Numbered from the stretch's first letter, positions 1 through 11,219 are shown. The stretch: DNA of 16,278 bases from Bugula neritina (GCA_964035545.1 CAXIUT010000095.1:1-16278), one strand, 5' to 3'. Notes: generated by a model not told the origin, from the sequence alone. Made by a program: numbers and translations.

Positions 1-81
1 CCCAACCCCAACCCCAACCCCAACCCCAACCCCAACCCCAACCCCAACCCCAACCCCAACCCCAACCCCAACCCCAACCCC
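1..81 (+). repeat. Left telomere, (CCCCAA)n
   Basis: Perfect C4A2 tandem array at the window start, C-rich strand 5'. This is the Tetrahymena-type ciliate telomere repeat. Confidence 0.97.
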
Positions 82-174
82 TAATTGATTTAAAAGTAAT
101 TTTTAATTAATATTTTATCGAGGAATAAATATTAAAGAAAATAAAAAATTTTATTTTTACCTTTTGTGCACGAT

Positions 175-198
175 CCCCAACCCCAACCCCAACCCCAA
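175..198 (+). repeat. Internal telomeric tract (CCCCAA)4
   Basis: Four perfect units 93 bp inside the terminal telomere, same polarity. Confidence 0.93.
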
Positions 199-271
199 AT
201 TGATTTTTATTGATATATTTTTATTTATTTATCTAAACTGTTTTGATATAATTAATAATATTTATTCATCA

Positions 272-2509
272 TCATTTTTTAGCCTCATTTAGTAACGGAT
301 ACCTCATAAACTAACAGCCTCTTTGCAAGATAATTCTGATTTGATCAAAATTTTTCCACAAAATTTATAAACTACTTTCCTGTTTTAATGTTTTTTCAAA
401 TATCTAAACATAAGTATAAAGTTCTCTTAATAAACTAAAATGCTGAGAAAATAATTTTGTTCCTACATTCACCCTTTATTTAATCAAATTTTCGTTCTAA
501 TTTACTTCACTTTGTTGAGAATTCTTATTTAAAAACTGTCCATCATCTTGATTGATTATTTTTCTTTTTTATTAGATTTATAATTGTGTTTATTTTGAGA
601 ATTAAAAGCTTTCTTCTTTTTGTTTTTTATTTCTAGGACAAATGTGTAAAAAAGGAAATGGAGCATCAAAACCATATCTTTGAGTTGCTGTTATAAAATT
701 ATTGACATTAAAATCATAGCCATTTTTTCCAGCAGTAACAGTATATAGATAAAGTTTAGCCATTTGAAGATCACTTTTAATCGGAAAACGATACTGTAAA
801 TCATCACCAGCTCGATAAAGAAAGGTCTGATCAACAAAAATTTACTTCATCTCATCGATAGAAAAATATCCTTAGTTTTATTCAAATAGTCTTGAAAAAT
901 TTCTAGCTAAAGAACTACATATTCTTTTTTTAGAAGCCATATATTCATCAAAGAAAAGAGAAATAGCATAGTCAAAATCACAATATTACTATTTATCGAA
1001 AATTCTTAAATCTTTATCAAGTTTTGCCAAAAGTCTGGATTTATTTACTTAATCTGTAAAATATAAAGAAGCTTTAAGGAGTTTTTTAACTTGTTTAACT
1101 GCTATGTAGTTGACTCCTTCTTCCTCATAAGATTGATAAACTATCAGCTTTCTATAAATAGCAAAATAAAAATTTTGACTATTATAATCAAGTTTATAGT
1201 TGAATCCATCGATGCTATCAAATAAAGGATGATATCTCATTACATCCATCAGTTGACAAAAAAGTTATGCTTTTTTCCAATATCGACTATAATACTTTAA
1301 AGAAATAATAAACTATAGGAGCTTTACTTAGGCTAGTCTTCTGATTCTGTACTTATGAATAAAGTAAAATACTACAAATTAGTCAAATTGCATTCCATTT
1401 CCTATCACTCCTGTTGTCATCTCACTTTAATAATTCATTCTCTCTGAATATATTGATTTTATCAACTGTTTCATATATTACCAAGGAAGAACCTTACCAT
1501 TCTCATTATTTTTTGACATATTTTCAAGAAAGGTTAATAAAATTGGGGTAAGTGTCCATGGCTTATCAGCATGCTTTTCTATTTTAAAGTTTTCAACAGG
1601 TATGTTTTTCTCCTTGACCTTGAGCTGATCTATTAAATGTCCTTCTTTTGCAAAATCAACATTTATTGAGCTTGGGTCACCAAGTTCAAATGGAAGCTCT
1701 TACTGAGCATTTGTAAAAATGGCTCCAGCTTGAGTCAATAGTTCACTTTCATCAACTTGAGTTCCTGTTGAAACTTTACTACACTTAGTCATAGCTTTGA
1801 TCAATTCTCTCATATTTACTAAGTTCAATCCTGCTTCTTTTTGTTATTTTTCCATACTACCCATCATAGTTGAAAGCTACTTTAAAGATGAAAAAATTTC
1901 CGACGAGCCTTCTTATTCAGCTGCTTCTCGACTTTTTTACAGTTTGGTAAGATAATTTGATACTTTAGACATATCTCCTTGAAGAAGATGATATATTTAT
2001 CTCATTTCTGATCCAACCATTTAAAGTTATGTGTCTGCCATGCTTAATTGAGCACTTTAAAGTTATCTAAGATGTTAGATTTTTTATATTTTTTATTTCC
2101 ACTGCTCTTCTTGATTTTATAGTTCTCGATTGATTTTCAATAAAGCAGCATTCTTTTTATCTTTCTAATCAAGCAATCTATCACTTCTTTTTAAGAGCTT
2201 TACTACCACATATTTAAGAGTGTTCATGAAATCAGCCCAATTATCTTCAAAATTACCTGTTAGAAGAGGTTTATAAAGTCTAAGGTTGTCTAAGTTTTAA
2301 AGAAAATTATTATGTATAGGTTCTAATGAACGTACTATAGATAATACATCTTATCCAGTTTCTAAAGGAAAATCTTTTAGGTAGACATAGAAAGAAGGCA
2401 TTGTTTTAAGCTTAGACTAAACTGTAGAAGCTAATTCTTTCAGCTTTGTTTTTGATCTAAAATTAGATCTTTTAGTTGGAGAAGGAGTAAAAGCTATTGA
2501 ACTATCCAT
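272..2509 (-). CDS. Hypothetical coiled-coil protein, 745 aa (TAR read as Glu)
   Basis: ATG at 2509 (MDSSIAFTPSPTKRS...). One frame with no TGA until 274-272, followed by two more in-frame TGA. Contains track ORF 1049-1249 in frame. The N-terminal half is K/E/Q-rich and helical. Segment FVVFYFIHKYRIRRLAEVKLLEFIISLKYY weakly recalls TSNAXIP1-like ciliary proteins (inference, unverified). Confidence 0.85.
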
Positions 2510-2686
2510 ATTAAAATTATTATCACTGAGATATTTACTTCTTATATTTGAATAGTAATTTGCGATAATTAAATCAGATATAATAAGTCAAATAAGTTTT
2601 AATCAGATTAATAAATATAGATTAACTGATGTTGTTTGATTGTTTAAATAATTTAATTGATGAGATATAATAATTATTTGAGGTAA

Positions 2687-2920
2687 ATGAAGGTTAGATC
2701 TAGCGTGAAGAAGATGTGCAAAGGATGTAAGGTGGTCAAATATAATCAAAAAATTTACATAAAATGCAAATAAAATCCTAGACATAAACAAAGACAACTC
2801 TTTAGTACTGCTAAAAATAACTTTATCTATCCTGAATCTCTATCAAAAAATACTTTTAACATCATTCAAGTCACCATCAACAGAATCACCTATTCTGAAA
2901 TACAACAATGGCTTTTATGA
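2687..2920 (+). CDS. rpmJ: Mitochondrial-type ribosomal protein bL36 with C-terminal extension, 77 aa
   Basis: MKVRSSVKKMCKGCKVVKYNQKIYIKCK[TAA]NPRHKQRQ matches the bL36 zinc-ribbon signature (CxxC...C...H, NPRHKQRQ). Ends at TGA 2918-2920. Missed by the ORF track. Confidence 0.95.
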
Positions 2921-2922
2921 TA

Positions 2923-3014
2923 CTTAACTCAAATATATTTTATGGCTTAACTCAAATATATTTTATGACTTAACTCAAATATATTTTATGACTTAACTCA
3001 AATATATTTTAAGA
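2923..3014. repeat. 23-bp tandem minisatellite, about 4 copies
   Basis: Unit CTTAACTCAAATATATTTTATGA starts at 2923, 2946, 2969 and 2992, with few mismatches. It fills most of the convergent gap between bL36 and APC5. Confidence 0.95.
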
Positions 3015-3043
3015 TACTATTAAGATTTAATCAACCACTACCT

Positions 3044-5193
3044 TCAATTGTACAAACTTTTCAACTTATAAGCCACCTTTTCGATTAACTCTTTTTCATG
3101 ATATCGCTCATTCTAAATATTAGAAAACAAATTTAACACTTTCTAACAGTAAATAAGGATGTTGTTAATTGACCCTCTCTTTGAAGTCTTTAAAATATTT
3201 TAATATAAACCTACCATCTTATCCATTTCAAGAAGAACATGCTTTACCCCAACAAAATTATTCACTGATAGCTCAAGACTCAAAAGTTCTTCTAAACTTT
3301 AGAACTATTTTCTTTTAATATTTTAATATTCCTCTACAAAGTCTATATTATTAATAAAGTACTTGAATTCGAAGATAAAAGTTGGTATATAATTTGATAA
3401 GCTAGAGTTTTAGTCTCCTGAAAAATTATCTTTTTTTCATATTCTTTCCTAATAGAACTACTTTCTTGTTCAATCGACTTAAGCATGACCAAAGCCTAAT
3501 TAATTTGAATATTTAACTTAAATTGAATTTGAATTTTTAACAGCAGACAAACCACTTTATATTCAGACAATTTTTGAAGTTAACAATGCTTGATTACTTG
3601 TTAGACCTTCACCAGAGCATCATGATACATATTAGTATTCATCAATATTTTTATACTTACTATATGGCTTTCAAGCAACTACTCTTTTACATATCCATAT
3701 TTCAAACAAAAGTTAATCAACTATTAAGCTTCATGATATGAGTATGAGAAGTATCCATTTGCAAATTGGGTTTTCAAGATAGCTAATTTCAGATAAATCA
3801 AGTCTAATGGTGAAAGGGCTGAAGTCTCAAGACTCTTAAGTTACTGGAGATATTTTTATATAAGTTTTTTTTGGTTATTTTTTCTATACTGCTAAACTTT
3901 ATTAAAGAGTTGATCAAAAATAGATTTTTTTTGAAACTGTTGATAAGGCTCTGTTTATAGAAGTTAATTTCTTTGATAATAATCATTCATAAGAAGAGGA
4001 GTTAGCTCTGGCAAATGAGTTAGAACTGCTAGTTTACAAAGAAAATTGGGTAGTAAGAGGGATCTAAAGGAATGATAAATATTTTTACAGTTTGACTAAA
4101 AAGTATTATGAATTTTTTTTTTACTGAAGTGGAGAGCATCTGTCCAGTTAATATTTCTATGTTTAAGGAGCATAATATGAGGATCTTGAGTGTTATAATG
4201 TTTTTATGTTATACTGTAGCTGAGACAACTATAGACCATAAGCAGAATATTATTAAGATTAAGAGAATGAGTTATAGCATGCTAATTAAGAAGAATCTGT
4301 TAAGCGTGCTTTCCTAACTGTTCTGAGATGCGGTAAAGATATATTATGCAATTATTGATAGACTCCTCATCTGTATTGTTTTGACTGATCCTCATTCCCT
4401 CGGATATTGATTGCAAACTCTCTTATAAACAGTTTAGCTTGAGGTTAAGATAAGCATTTGATAAAATACAATGATTAATCTTATTACTCATAAGACTTAT
4501 CTCTGACTTCTCCTGGAAAAGGTTTCCTAAACTCTTATCAAAGTAACGGTGCATAGCACTGATAGCAGCGATAGGCTGTCCTGCATCAGCTCCAACCAAA
4601 GAACTTAAATAACTACTTTTGTGAGTGTGATCATATTAACTTAAAGCATTGACTTTTTTTGCTACTTCTTCAGGATTTACCTTATAATTTTACAAATTGA
4701 ATTTGATTTATTCAATTGATTTTGTTAGTAAAAACTAATGGTGGGGTTGTATTATGGGGTTGCCTTTTCTATATTCTTCAAACTGTTCATAAATTGCTAC
4801 CATCTCCTTAAAGTCAAGTTTTTAAAAATATATGTACATTCTCCTGACAAGGAAGTCAATAAGATTACCTTGTTCTAATTTGTTATTTCTTAAACTTCTA
4901 AGTGTCTTTAACATCTTTGACATTTATCGATAAAAGTCATTAAATGTTTTTATCTTTTTTATACTCTCTTGATAACGCTCCAAAAATTAACTACTATTAG
5001 TCACTGAAAGTAACTCATCTTCATACTGTTGATTGGTCAGACATTGAATAGAGTTAGTGGTACTCAGAATCTTTTCTATCAGAAACTGCACACTAGCATT
5101 TCTTGGATCTTTTTCTTCACCTTCGACAGTACTTTCATGAAGACAGAATAAAGTTGAAATCAAAGGAGGAGTAAAAAAGTTTGCATAAATCAT
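3044..5193 (-). CDS. APC5: Anaphase-promoting complex subunit 5-like, about 709 aa, one intron (3343-3362)
   Basis: N-terminal FFTPPLISTL, then LIDFLVRRMYIYF.KLDF, AISAMHRYFD and SLQSISEGMRISQNNTDEESINNCIIYL recall Apc5 motifs (LTP.K, FxRR...F.KL.F, LHRYFD, EAIRIAQ..D..CL). TPR-like helices follow. Exons 5193-3363 and 3342-3044 total 2130 nt and end in TGA. Confidence 0.82.
3343..3362 (-). other. Putative 20-nt spliceosomal intron in APC5
   Basis: GTACTTTATTAATAATATAG. Removal joins ...SSNS-N-FVEEY and extends the frame to TGA at 3046-3044. An acceptor 9 nt further on (29-nt intron) also restores the frame. Confidence 0.72.
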
Positions 5194-5365
5194 TTTAAAA
5201 ATTCAAATATAAACTCAATTAAACAAGTCATGATTAATTTAAAAATATAAGTCATTAGTTATTAATCAAAAATTAGGAATCGCTTTTTTTATTGTTTAAT
5301 TATAGATATTGATAATGGAAATCAATTTTATATGAATTAAAATTATATTACTTTGCTCTATTATA

Positions 5366-6757
5366 ATGATAGATTAGTCTAATTTGCCTGTCTGTCTGTA
5401 GTACTCCAAAGTGTTTGAAGACCTTAATGTATTGACTAAGTAAGCCAACTCTTCTCTTCCTAAAAAACCAACTTTTAGTAGTTTTTCTTTTAATCATCTC
5501 CTTTTAACAATCAATCAAAATGGCCTTAAAATTATTATTCGCTATTTACATTAAAAACTAAAAGGCCTTATTGAAAGTAAGCATCCAAACTACTCTCTCA
5601 ATGAAGATCTAGTAATTTTGGCAAATCTCAGGGTCAACTAATATAATCTACAAACTAAAAATATAGGCGAAGTAATGATTTAATTACTTCGAAATATGTT
5701 AAAAAAAGATTATATTGCAATAAACTAAATCTTGAATTTACTTCCAGGTCTTTTTTAATTTGAAAACACAATGAAAGTAATAGATAATAACTATCGATTC
5801 ATGATAATATTTCCTCATTAAAAGCTAACTGAATAGTGGATTATTTCATGGAAAAGCAATCAATTTCTTTAATACTGCTCTTTACCTTAAATTGATTAAT
5901 ATCTGCATCAATATACCATCGAAAATACATCAACTCAACTAGTATATATAAAAAATAATTATTAAACTTACTCATTCATTGCTAACTAAAACCATCCAAC
6001 CAAGAAATCAATTTTAAATCTTGCATAATTAAATGATAATTAAATAATAAATATTTAAGAAAAGTAATAAGAAATCTTCTCAATAATATAAATTTAAGAT
6101 AAATCCCAAATACATGCGAACAATAACTTATACTAATCTAAAATAAACATCAATTCATATTTTTAACCAGAAAAAATAAAATAATATAGCTAATTATAAA
6201 TCATATTTATAAGAAGAAAACTATTGAATTTATTATCTCTAAGAAAGTAACAAATAAAAATATCAAATAAAAAAAGAATATAAAAAGAATACAAATTTTA
6301 TGATAAAAAGAACAGAAAAGATATTACTTTATGTTTTTAAAATATATCAACTAAATGTTAATAATGGATTAATTCTTAGAATATAAATAATAAGTCAGTC
6401 AACTCAATGCTATAATTGTCAGAAATACTCATACAAATCCTACATTAATAAAATTCATAAACAATTATTAGAAAATAATTAAATGGTATCGTTGATCTGA
6501 CCTAAAATAGTTAAAACTAATAAAAATTAATTAATATCGATTTAATTTAAAATGATTATAATATCAATTGTAACTGTTTATCTCTCAATAAATAATCAAT
6601 CAGAAAAATGTCATAAACGAAAATAAAATAAATCTTTAAAGCAGCATAAACCAAATATAAGGATCATTCAAATAGTTCTTTTCTTTAAAACAAAATACCT
6701 ACTGAACAATCAAACAGTAAAAAAAATAAAAATCATTCTCGACATAATTTAAAATGA
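5366..6757 (+). CDS. Hypothetical N/K/I/E-rich protein, 463 aa
   Basis: ATG 5366 to TGA 6755-6757, 464 codons without an internal TGA. Fills the gap between APC5 and the kinase. No recognisable domain. Confidence 0.7.
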
Positions 6758-6790
6758 TATTGATAGCATTATTATTATAATATTTATAAA

Positions 6791-8041
6791 TCACAATGGA
6801 GAGTAAGGAGAGTCGATGTCTTGAACTACCGATTACTACATTCCAAATATGCTAGAGTTTGATTCTTACAAAATATCTTTTAAAGACTACTTAGAGGGAA
6901 TATCTTTTTGCTTTTTATCATCTGATGGATTGTGGGAGAAGTTAAATGGAACAGATAGCTGAAGATCCATCTCTGCTACAGTTTTCTAGTAATCCAAAGA
7001 ATGAATCATTTCCTAGTTTATGGAATCCGCCTTACTCAACCTTAAAAACCAAACATCTTTCAATGCCTCCTCAGCAGTTAACCTTTCCTCTTTATCTTTC
7101 TTCAAAAGTCTCTTCACCAAGTTCTTCGGACTCTGAGAACATTGAAAATTCAATTTTTCAGGAAATACTATATTTCCTTTAAGAATGTTAGCAATAGTAT
7201 CAATGTGGTACTAAGCTTCAAAAGGAGTTGAGCCAGTTATCAGTTTAAAGATAGTGACTCCTATGGCCCACAAGTCAACTCTTTCATCGTAGCCTCCTCC
7301 TTCTAACATTTATGGAGCTCGATAGTAAGGAGTTCCAGTAGGAGTAAGCATATCTCTCTTTATTCCTCTTTCTTATATTTTCTTACTTATACCAAAATCA
7401 ATTAATTTAATAGCTCTTTTCTATTGATCATAAAGAATGTTTTCAGGTTTAATATCCCGGTGACATATTTTCCTCTCGTGAATGTACTTTAAAGTTTTTA
7501 GTAATTGTTTTACTATAACTTTAAGTTCTTCCTCTGATTATATTTTCACTTCTTCAAGGTTAGGAAAAGGAAAGTATTCCATGACAAGATAACATCTAGA
7601 GTTTTTAGGTTAAAAAAAGAGAGCCTTATAGATTAAAACATGTTTGTATTTGAGTTCTTTAACTGCTACAAAATTCTTTTTCAAAAAAAGAGTATGCTAG
7701 TGTTCTAAAGTAATAGTTTTAACCGCCCAAACCTATCCTGTTAATTTTTATCTACATTTGTGTACGACTCCATGAGCTCCTTCCCCAGTCTTTTGTCCTA
7801 TCTCATATTTATCATTGAATAAAGATTTTCCACTCTATTACTAATCAGAACTAATTTCATTTTATACATTTTTAAAGTTGACATCTTTATCGAATAATTG
7901 TAAACTATTTTTTCTCTGTCGTTTTTATAATTTTTATACAAGTCTTTTTCCAGTCGCAAGAATCGCATTATTTGTAGATAAACTCTGTCTAATCAATGCC
8001 ATTTTATTCTTTCTAGAAACTGCCAAAGATTACTTCTACAT
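6791..8041 (-). CDS. Ser/Thr protein kinase, CAMK-like, 416 aa
   Basis: [44 protein letters not shown][TAA][26 protein letters not shown] at 8041 (alternative 8002) and TGA at 6793-6791. Confidence 0.95.
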
Positions 8042-8179
8042 TAAATAACTATTATTCTAAATTATCAAAGTTAAACAAACAACTAAAAAGTTATACTTTC
8101 TAATTAAAATTATCAATAGAATTATATTTTGAAAAACAACTCAGACTGTCTTGATATTTTTAGCTAAAATAGTTAAGAA

Positions 8180-9116
8180 TCATTCGAGTCTCCGATAATC
8201 CTCTTTCTTAAAACATGGACAACAAGAACAAAACCTCATCAACCAACTACTATTATCAGAACTACCTCTATGGCCACTCTTCTTTGACTCCAATTAAATT
8301 TGCTCCAACCTTCGATTCTACATCTTCAAAATTTCATCCACTTCTTTGCCCTTCCTTGAAATCTGCTTGTTGGGTAACTCATTCTTTATCTTCATTAATT
8401 TGATAAGTTCACTGTGTTACTGACTTTCTTTAACTTTAACCTTGTTATTAATAGGTGGAGTGTACTGCATAATGCCATACCTACAATAAAAGGAAGAATC
8501 TCAGTCACTCTCCACAAATACTCTTGAGAAAACTATTATTTTTTATCACTTTCCTTAGGTTTTAGATCCAGCTTTCCAGAAGAATCAGAGTTAAGTACCT
8601 TACCAAAGACCTAGTACTAGTCATTTTCTTTAATTTTCTTTTTATGAGAACAGAGATATGCCTGTGTAAAGATATTTTTAATAGTAATTAGTTCTCCTAT
8701 TCTCCAAAACTAATCCTGTCCATTATCAATCAACTCTATCGTCCACTCTTGGTGATCTTGGTAGTCTTTGGAAGATTAAAGAGAAACTTCCATGTTATTA
8801 GATATTGAACTTTCGAAGTGAGATGATAGATGCAATTGCTTATTTGTCTAGCTGTGACACAACAAAAGCTAATCTTTATATTTAAAGTGATAAGAACTTG
8901 AAGGGTCAATCCTTTTAACAGGCACAAACCTCAAATAAAAAAGAAATACCAGTCAGAATCATCAGATGACCTATGACATGATACAGCTTGCTTTAAAGAT
9001 CCTGAACTCCACTCAAATGGACAACTGTGTAGTCTTTGACCTGTCAGCATGTTTGTCAGTTTTATTTTGTCATAACACTTAATGTTGCTTCCATTTTGCA
9101 CTCCCTATTCAGCCAT
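8180..9116 (-). CDS. MIR-domain (SDF2-like beta-trefoil) protein with Cys-rich C-terminus, about 298 aa, two introns
   Basis: Three MIR-like repeats: IKLTNMLTGQRLHS...SGSLKQAVSC...DW, LLLCHSETNKQLH...NMEVSL...EWTIE, ITIKNIFTQAYLCSH...YEVFG...LWRV. Exons 9116-8950, 8929-8485 and 8464-8180 total 897 nt and end FCSCCPCFKKEDYRRLE-TGA. Confidence 0.83.
8465..8484 (-). other. Putative 20-nt intron (MIR gene intron 2)
   Basis: GTAGGTATGGCATTATGCAG. Removal joins ...ILPFI-YTPP and opens a 95-codon last exon. Confidence 0.62.
8930..8949 (-). other. Putative 20-nt intron (MIR gene intron 1)
   Basis: GTATTTCTTTTTTATTTGAG. Contains an in-frame TGA. Removal rebuilds TG|G (Trp) and puts MIR repeats 1 and 2 in the same frame. 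Confidence 0.8.
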
Positions 9117-9212
9117 TTATCACAATCAATCTTTTAAAATGAAAGTCATTTATTTTAATTACAAACAACCATTTAAGAATATTCAAAATATTAAATAATT
9201 CAAGATAATAGA

Positions 9213-11219
9213 TCACCAAACTTCGTCATTATAGAGAAGATTCATCAGCTTTCCAATCATACTCTTAAACATGGTATTTCTTGACACAATTCTCCTGGAT
9301 TCTTCCAAATCATCATCTCCGAAATCATAATTCCAAAAAGATAACTAGCAACCTTCTTCATTAAGCATCAACTTTGATATTTCATTAGAAAACAAAGTAT
9401 TACTCGAACTATACTTGCTCTTGCTGGTTTCTTCCTCAATAAAAATAGCCAAAATTGAATCAAGAATGTTAGGTTCTGCTTCTTGCTCACTAAAAGATCC
9501 CTTTGACCTGAGATAAGTCCTGAAATAAGCAAACCCTGATGCGATCTTTTTTATATTTTTCAAAGAATTACTATTAATGTATTTGTACTCTCTTGCTCTG
9601 AGAAAGTAGTGTTGGAGCAATTCCTGAGCTATTTTAGACTCCTCTTTAGTTTATTCGTTGTTTTGTTCTATTCCTTCAAAACTACTTTGATAATACTCAC
9701 TAATATGTTAAACTTTCTTTTCCTTGAACACTGTCTGGATGATGTCTTCATTTTTATTTATAAAGCTTTACAATCGCTGGTCCACCATTTCATCATAAAC
9801 CTCTCTACAAATGTTAATGTTCTTTTATACTGAAAGATCCATAATAATATCAATCTTCTATAACTGCAACTACTTCTTGTACTCAGAACTTGGTTCAGCT
9901 ATAATCCATAGAGTCACATTTATATTGAGTATAATTTTATCATTAACAAGACTGTTGATCAACTAGAAATCCCTTTTGTTTGGATTACTCACTAAAAGTA
10001 CTGAATTATTGCATTGAGATAAAAAAGTAATCAAAGTAGGTCCATCATATTGAGAAGGCCACTTATAGGTGCAAATTCCTTCAAGCCTGAGAGTCCTCTC
10101 AATAAAAGTCACTTATTCTGTTATAATCATTAAATGAAGAGTCTTCATATGTAGCTGGTTGAAAAGACTATTCAAAACTATTAACTTTACTGTTGATAAA
10201 CTATCTTCTTGCAGATAAGGAAATTTTATCTGATTAATCGTTTCAAGTAGTTTTTTGAAGTTATAAGCTATAGTTTCTTCATTCCTGGCATCTGAACAGT
10301 GAATATATTAGCAAGTAAGACCAGCTATTCTACTAAAAAAAGCATTATTACGACTTGTTCTACCATAAGAAGGATAGCTACTGATCAGATAACTTGAACG
10401 ACCTGTTTTTGCAACTATTCCTTATGTAGAAACCCTTGAAACATAAGGCTAAACTGATAAATAGGCACAAAGATCCAAAGAGTCTCCAATCTTTATAAGT
10501 CCAGAATGGTTTTGATCTAAGTAGAGTTCCATTTATCCTTTGTGAAATATCTATTATTTAGAATATCCTGACTTCATTGCACAAAAAATATTGATCTTCT
10601 GACAGTTCATGTAAACTTCATCCTCTACTTTAGAAAACTTCATCTTAGCAGAACAAAGACCACATCTTGGAATTTCTTTCACAACTACTTCCTTCAAATT
10701 TTGGGACTTACTTCTCACTATATCAATCAGTCTCTGTTTGCGTCTGAACGCCAACTTCTTTTAGTCACATTTACAAGCCAAATCCCAAACCTCAGTCCAG
10801 CTGGAAAGATACAACTCAAGTTGACTGATTTTCATTATCCTACAATCTTTCAGGTACACTAACACTCCATTGGTTTGTTCAAACACAGAAGTCAAGAATT
10901 AAGATGACTATAAGTTATGTCTTGGAAGAGAGCAGTTCTGAATCTGAAAGCTGAGATTTATTCCGAAAGCAGGAGCTTTTTTGTTTTATTCAGCCATCAT
11001 CTCAAGGACTGACAATTAAACCAGATGGGAAAACTCAGGGAAGTTTCCGATAATGAAGGAGGCAATTTATTTAGAGTTTCTGAGAGTTTTGATGAGGTCT
11101 ATTTTGACTGAGAGAGTCAGGATTCTATGAGTGTAGTCGTAGTTGATAGGTATTTGTTTGATGACAGAAGGAAGGTACTCTGCTTTGATATGAGTTTTGA
11201 GATGGTGTTCAAGCAACAT
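9213..11219 (-). CDS. MCMDC2: MCM domain-containing protein 2-like (inactive MCM family, meiotic recombination), 668 aa
   Basis: Single frame from ATG 11219 to TGA 9215-9213, linking track ORFs 10554-10754 and 9345-9620. Zn finger (CKC...CGLC), YMNCQKINI and OB-fold IKIGDSLDL. LHLMIITE stands where the Walker A strand would be, with no GxxxxxKS. Lid motifs LLQHYFLRAR, LKNIKKIASGFAYFR and DSILAIFIEEET. Confidence 0.7.

Noticed and set aside
82-215. Chromosome breakage signal: ATTGA next to telomere junctions, or a Tetrahymena Cbs
   Set aside because: ATTGA follows both left tracts but sits at inconsistent offsets or is absent at the right-hand junctions, and it is common in AT-rich DNA. I did not see the Cbs 15-mer (TAAACCAACCTCTTT).
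2923-3014. CRISPR array
   Set aside because: Units are head-to-tail with no spacers, the context is eukaryotic, and there are no cas genes.
3340-3365. Programmed ribosomal frameshift instead of an intron, here and in the MIR gene
   Set aside because: Canonical GT-AG segments of the same length restore the frame at all three sites, which is more parsimonious.
4743-4762. Two GGGGTTG telomere-like heptamers inside APC5
   Set aside because: They are single units that encode ordinary residues (NPIIQPH) and are compatible with chance.
5315-5365. Upstream in-frame ATG 5315 separated by a TGA (5333-5335) from the 5366 ORF, suggesting readthrough
   Set aside because: There is no GT donor for an intron, no homology support, and no other internal TGA in any gene. 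It is probably a chance short ORF.
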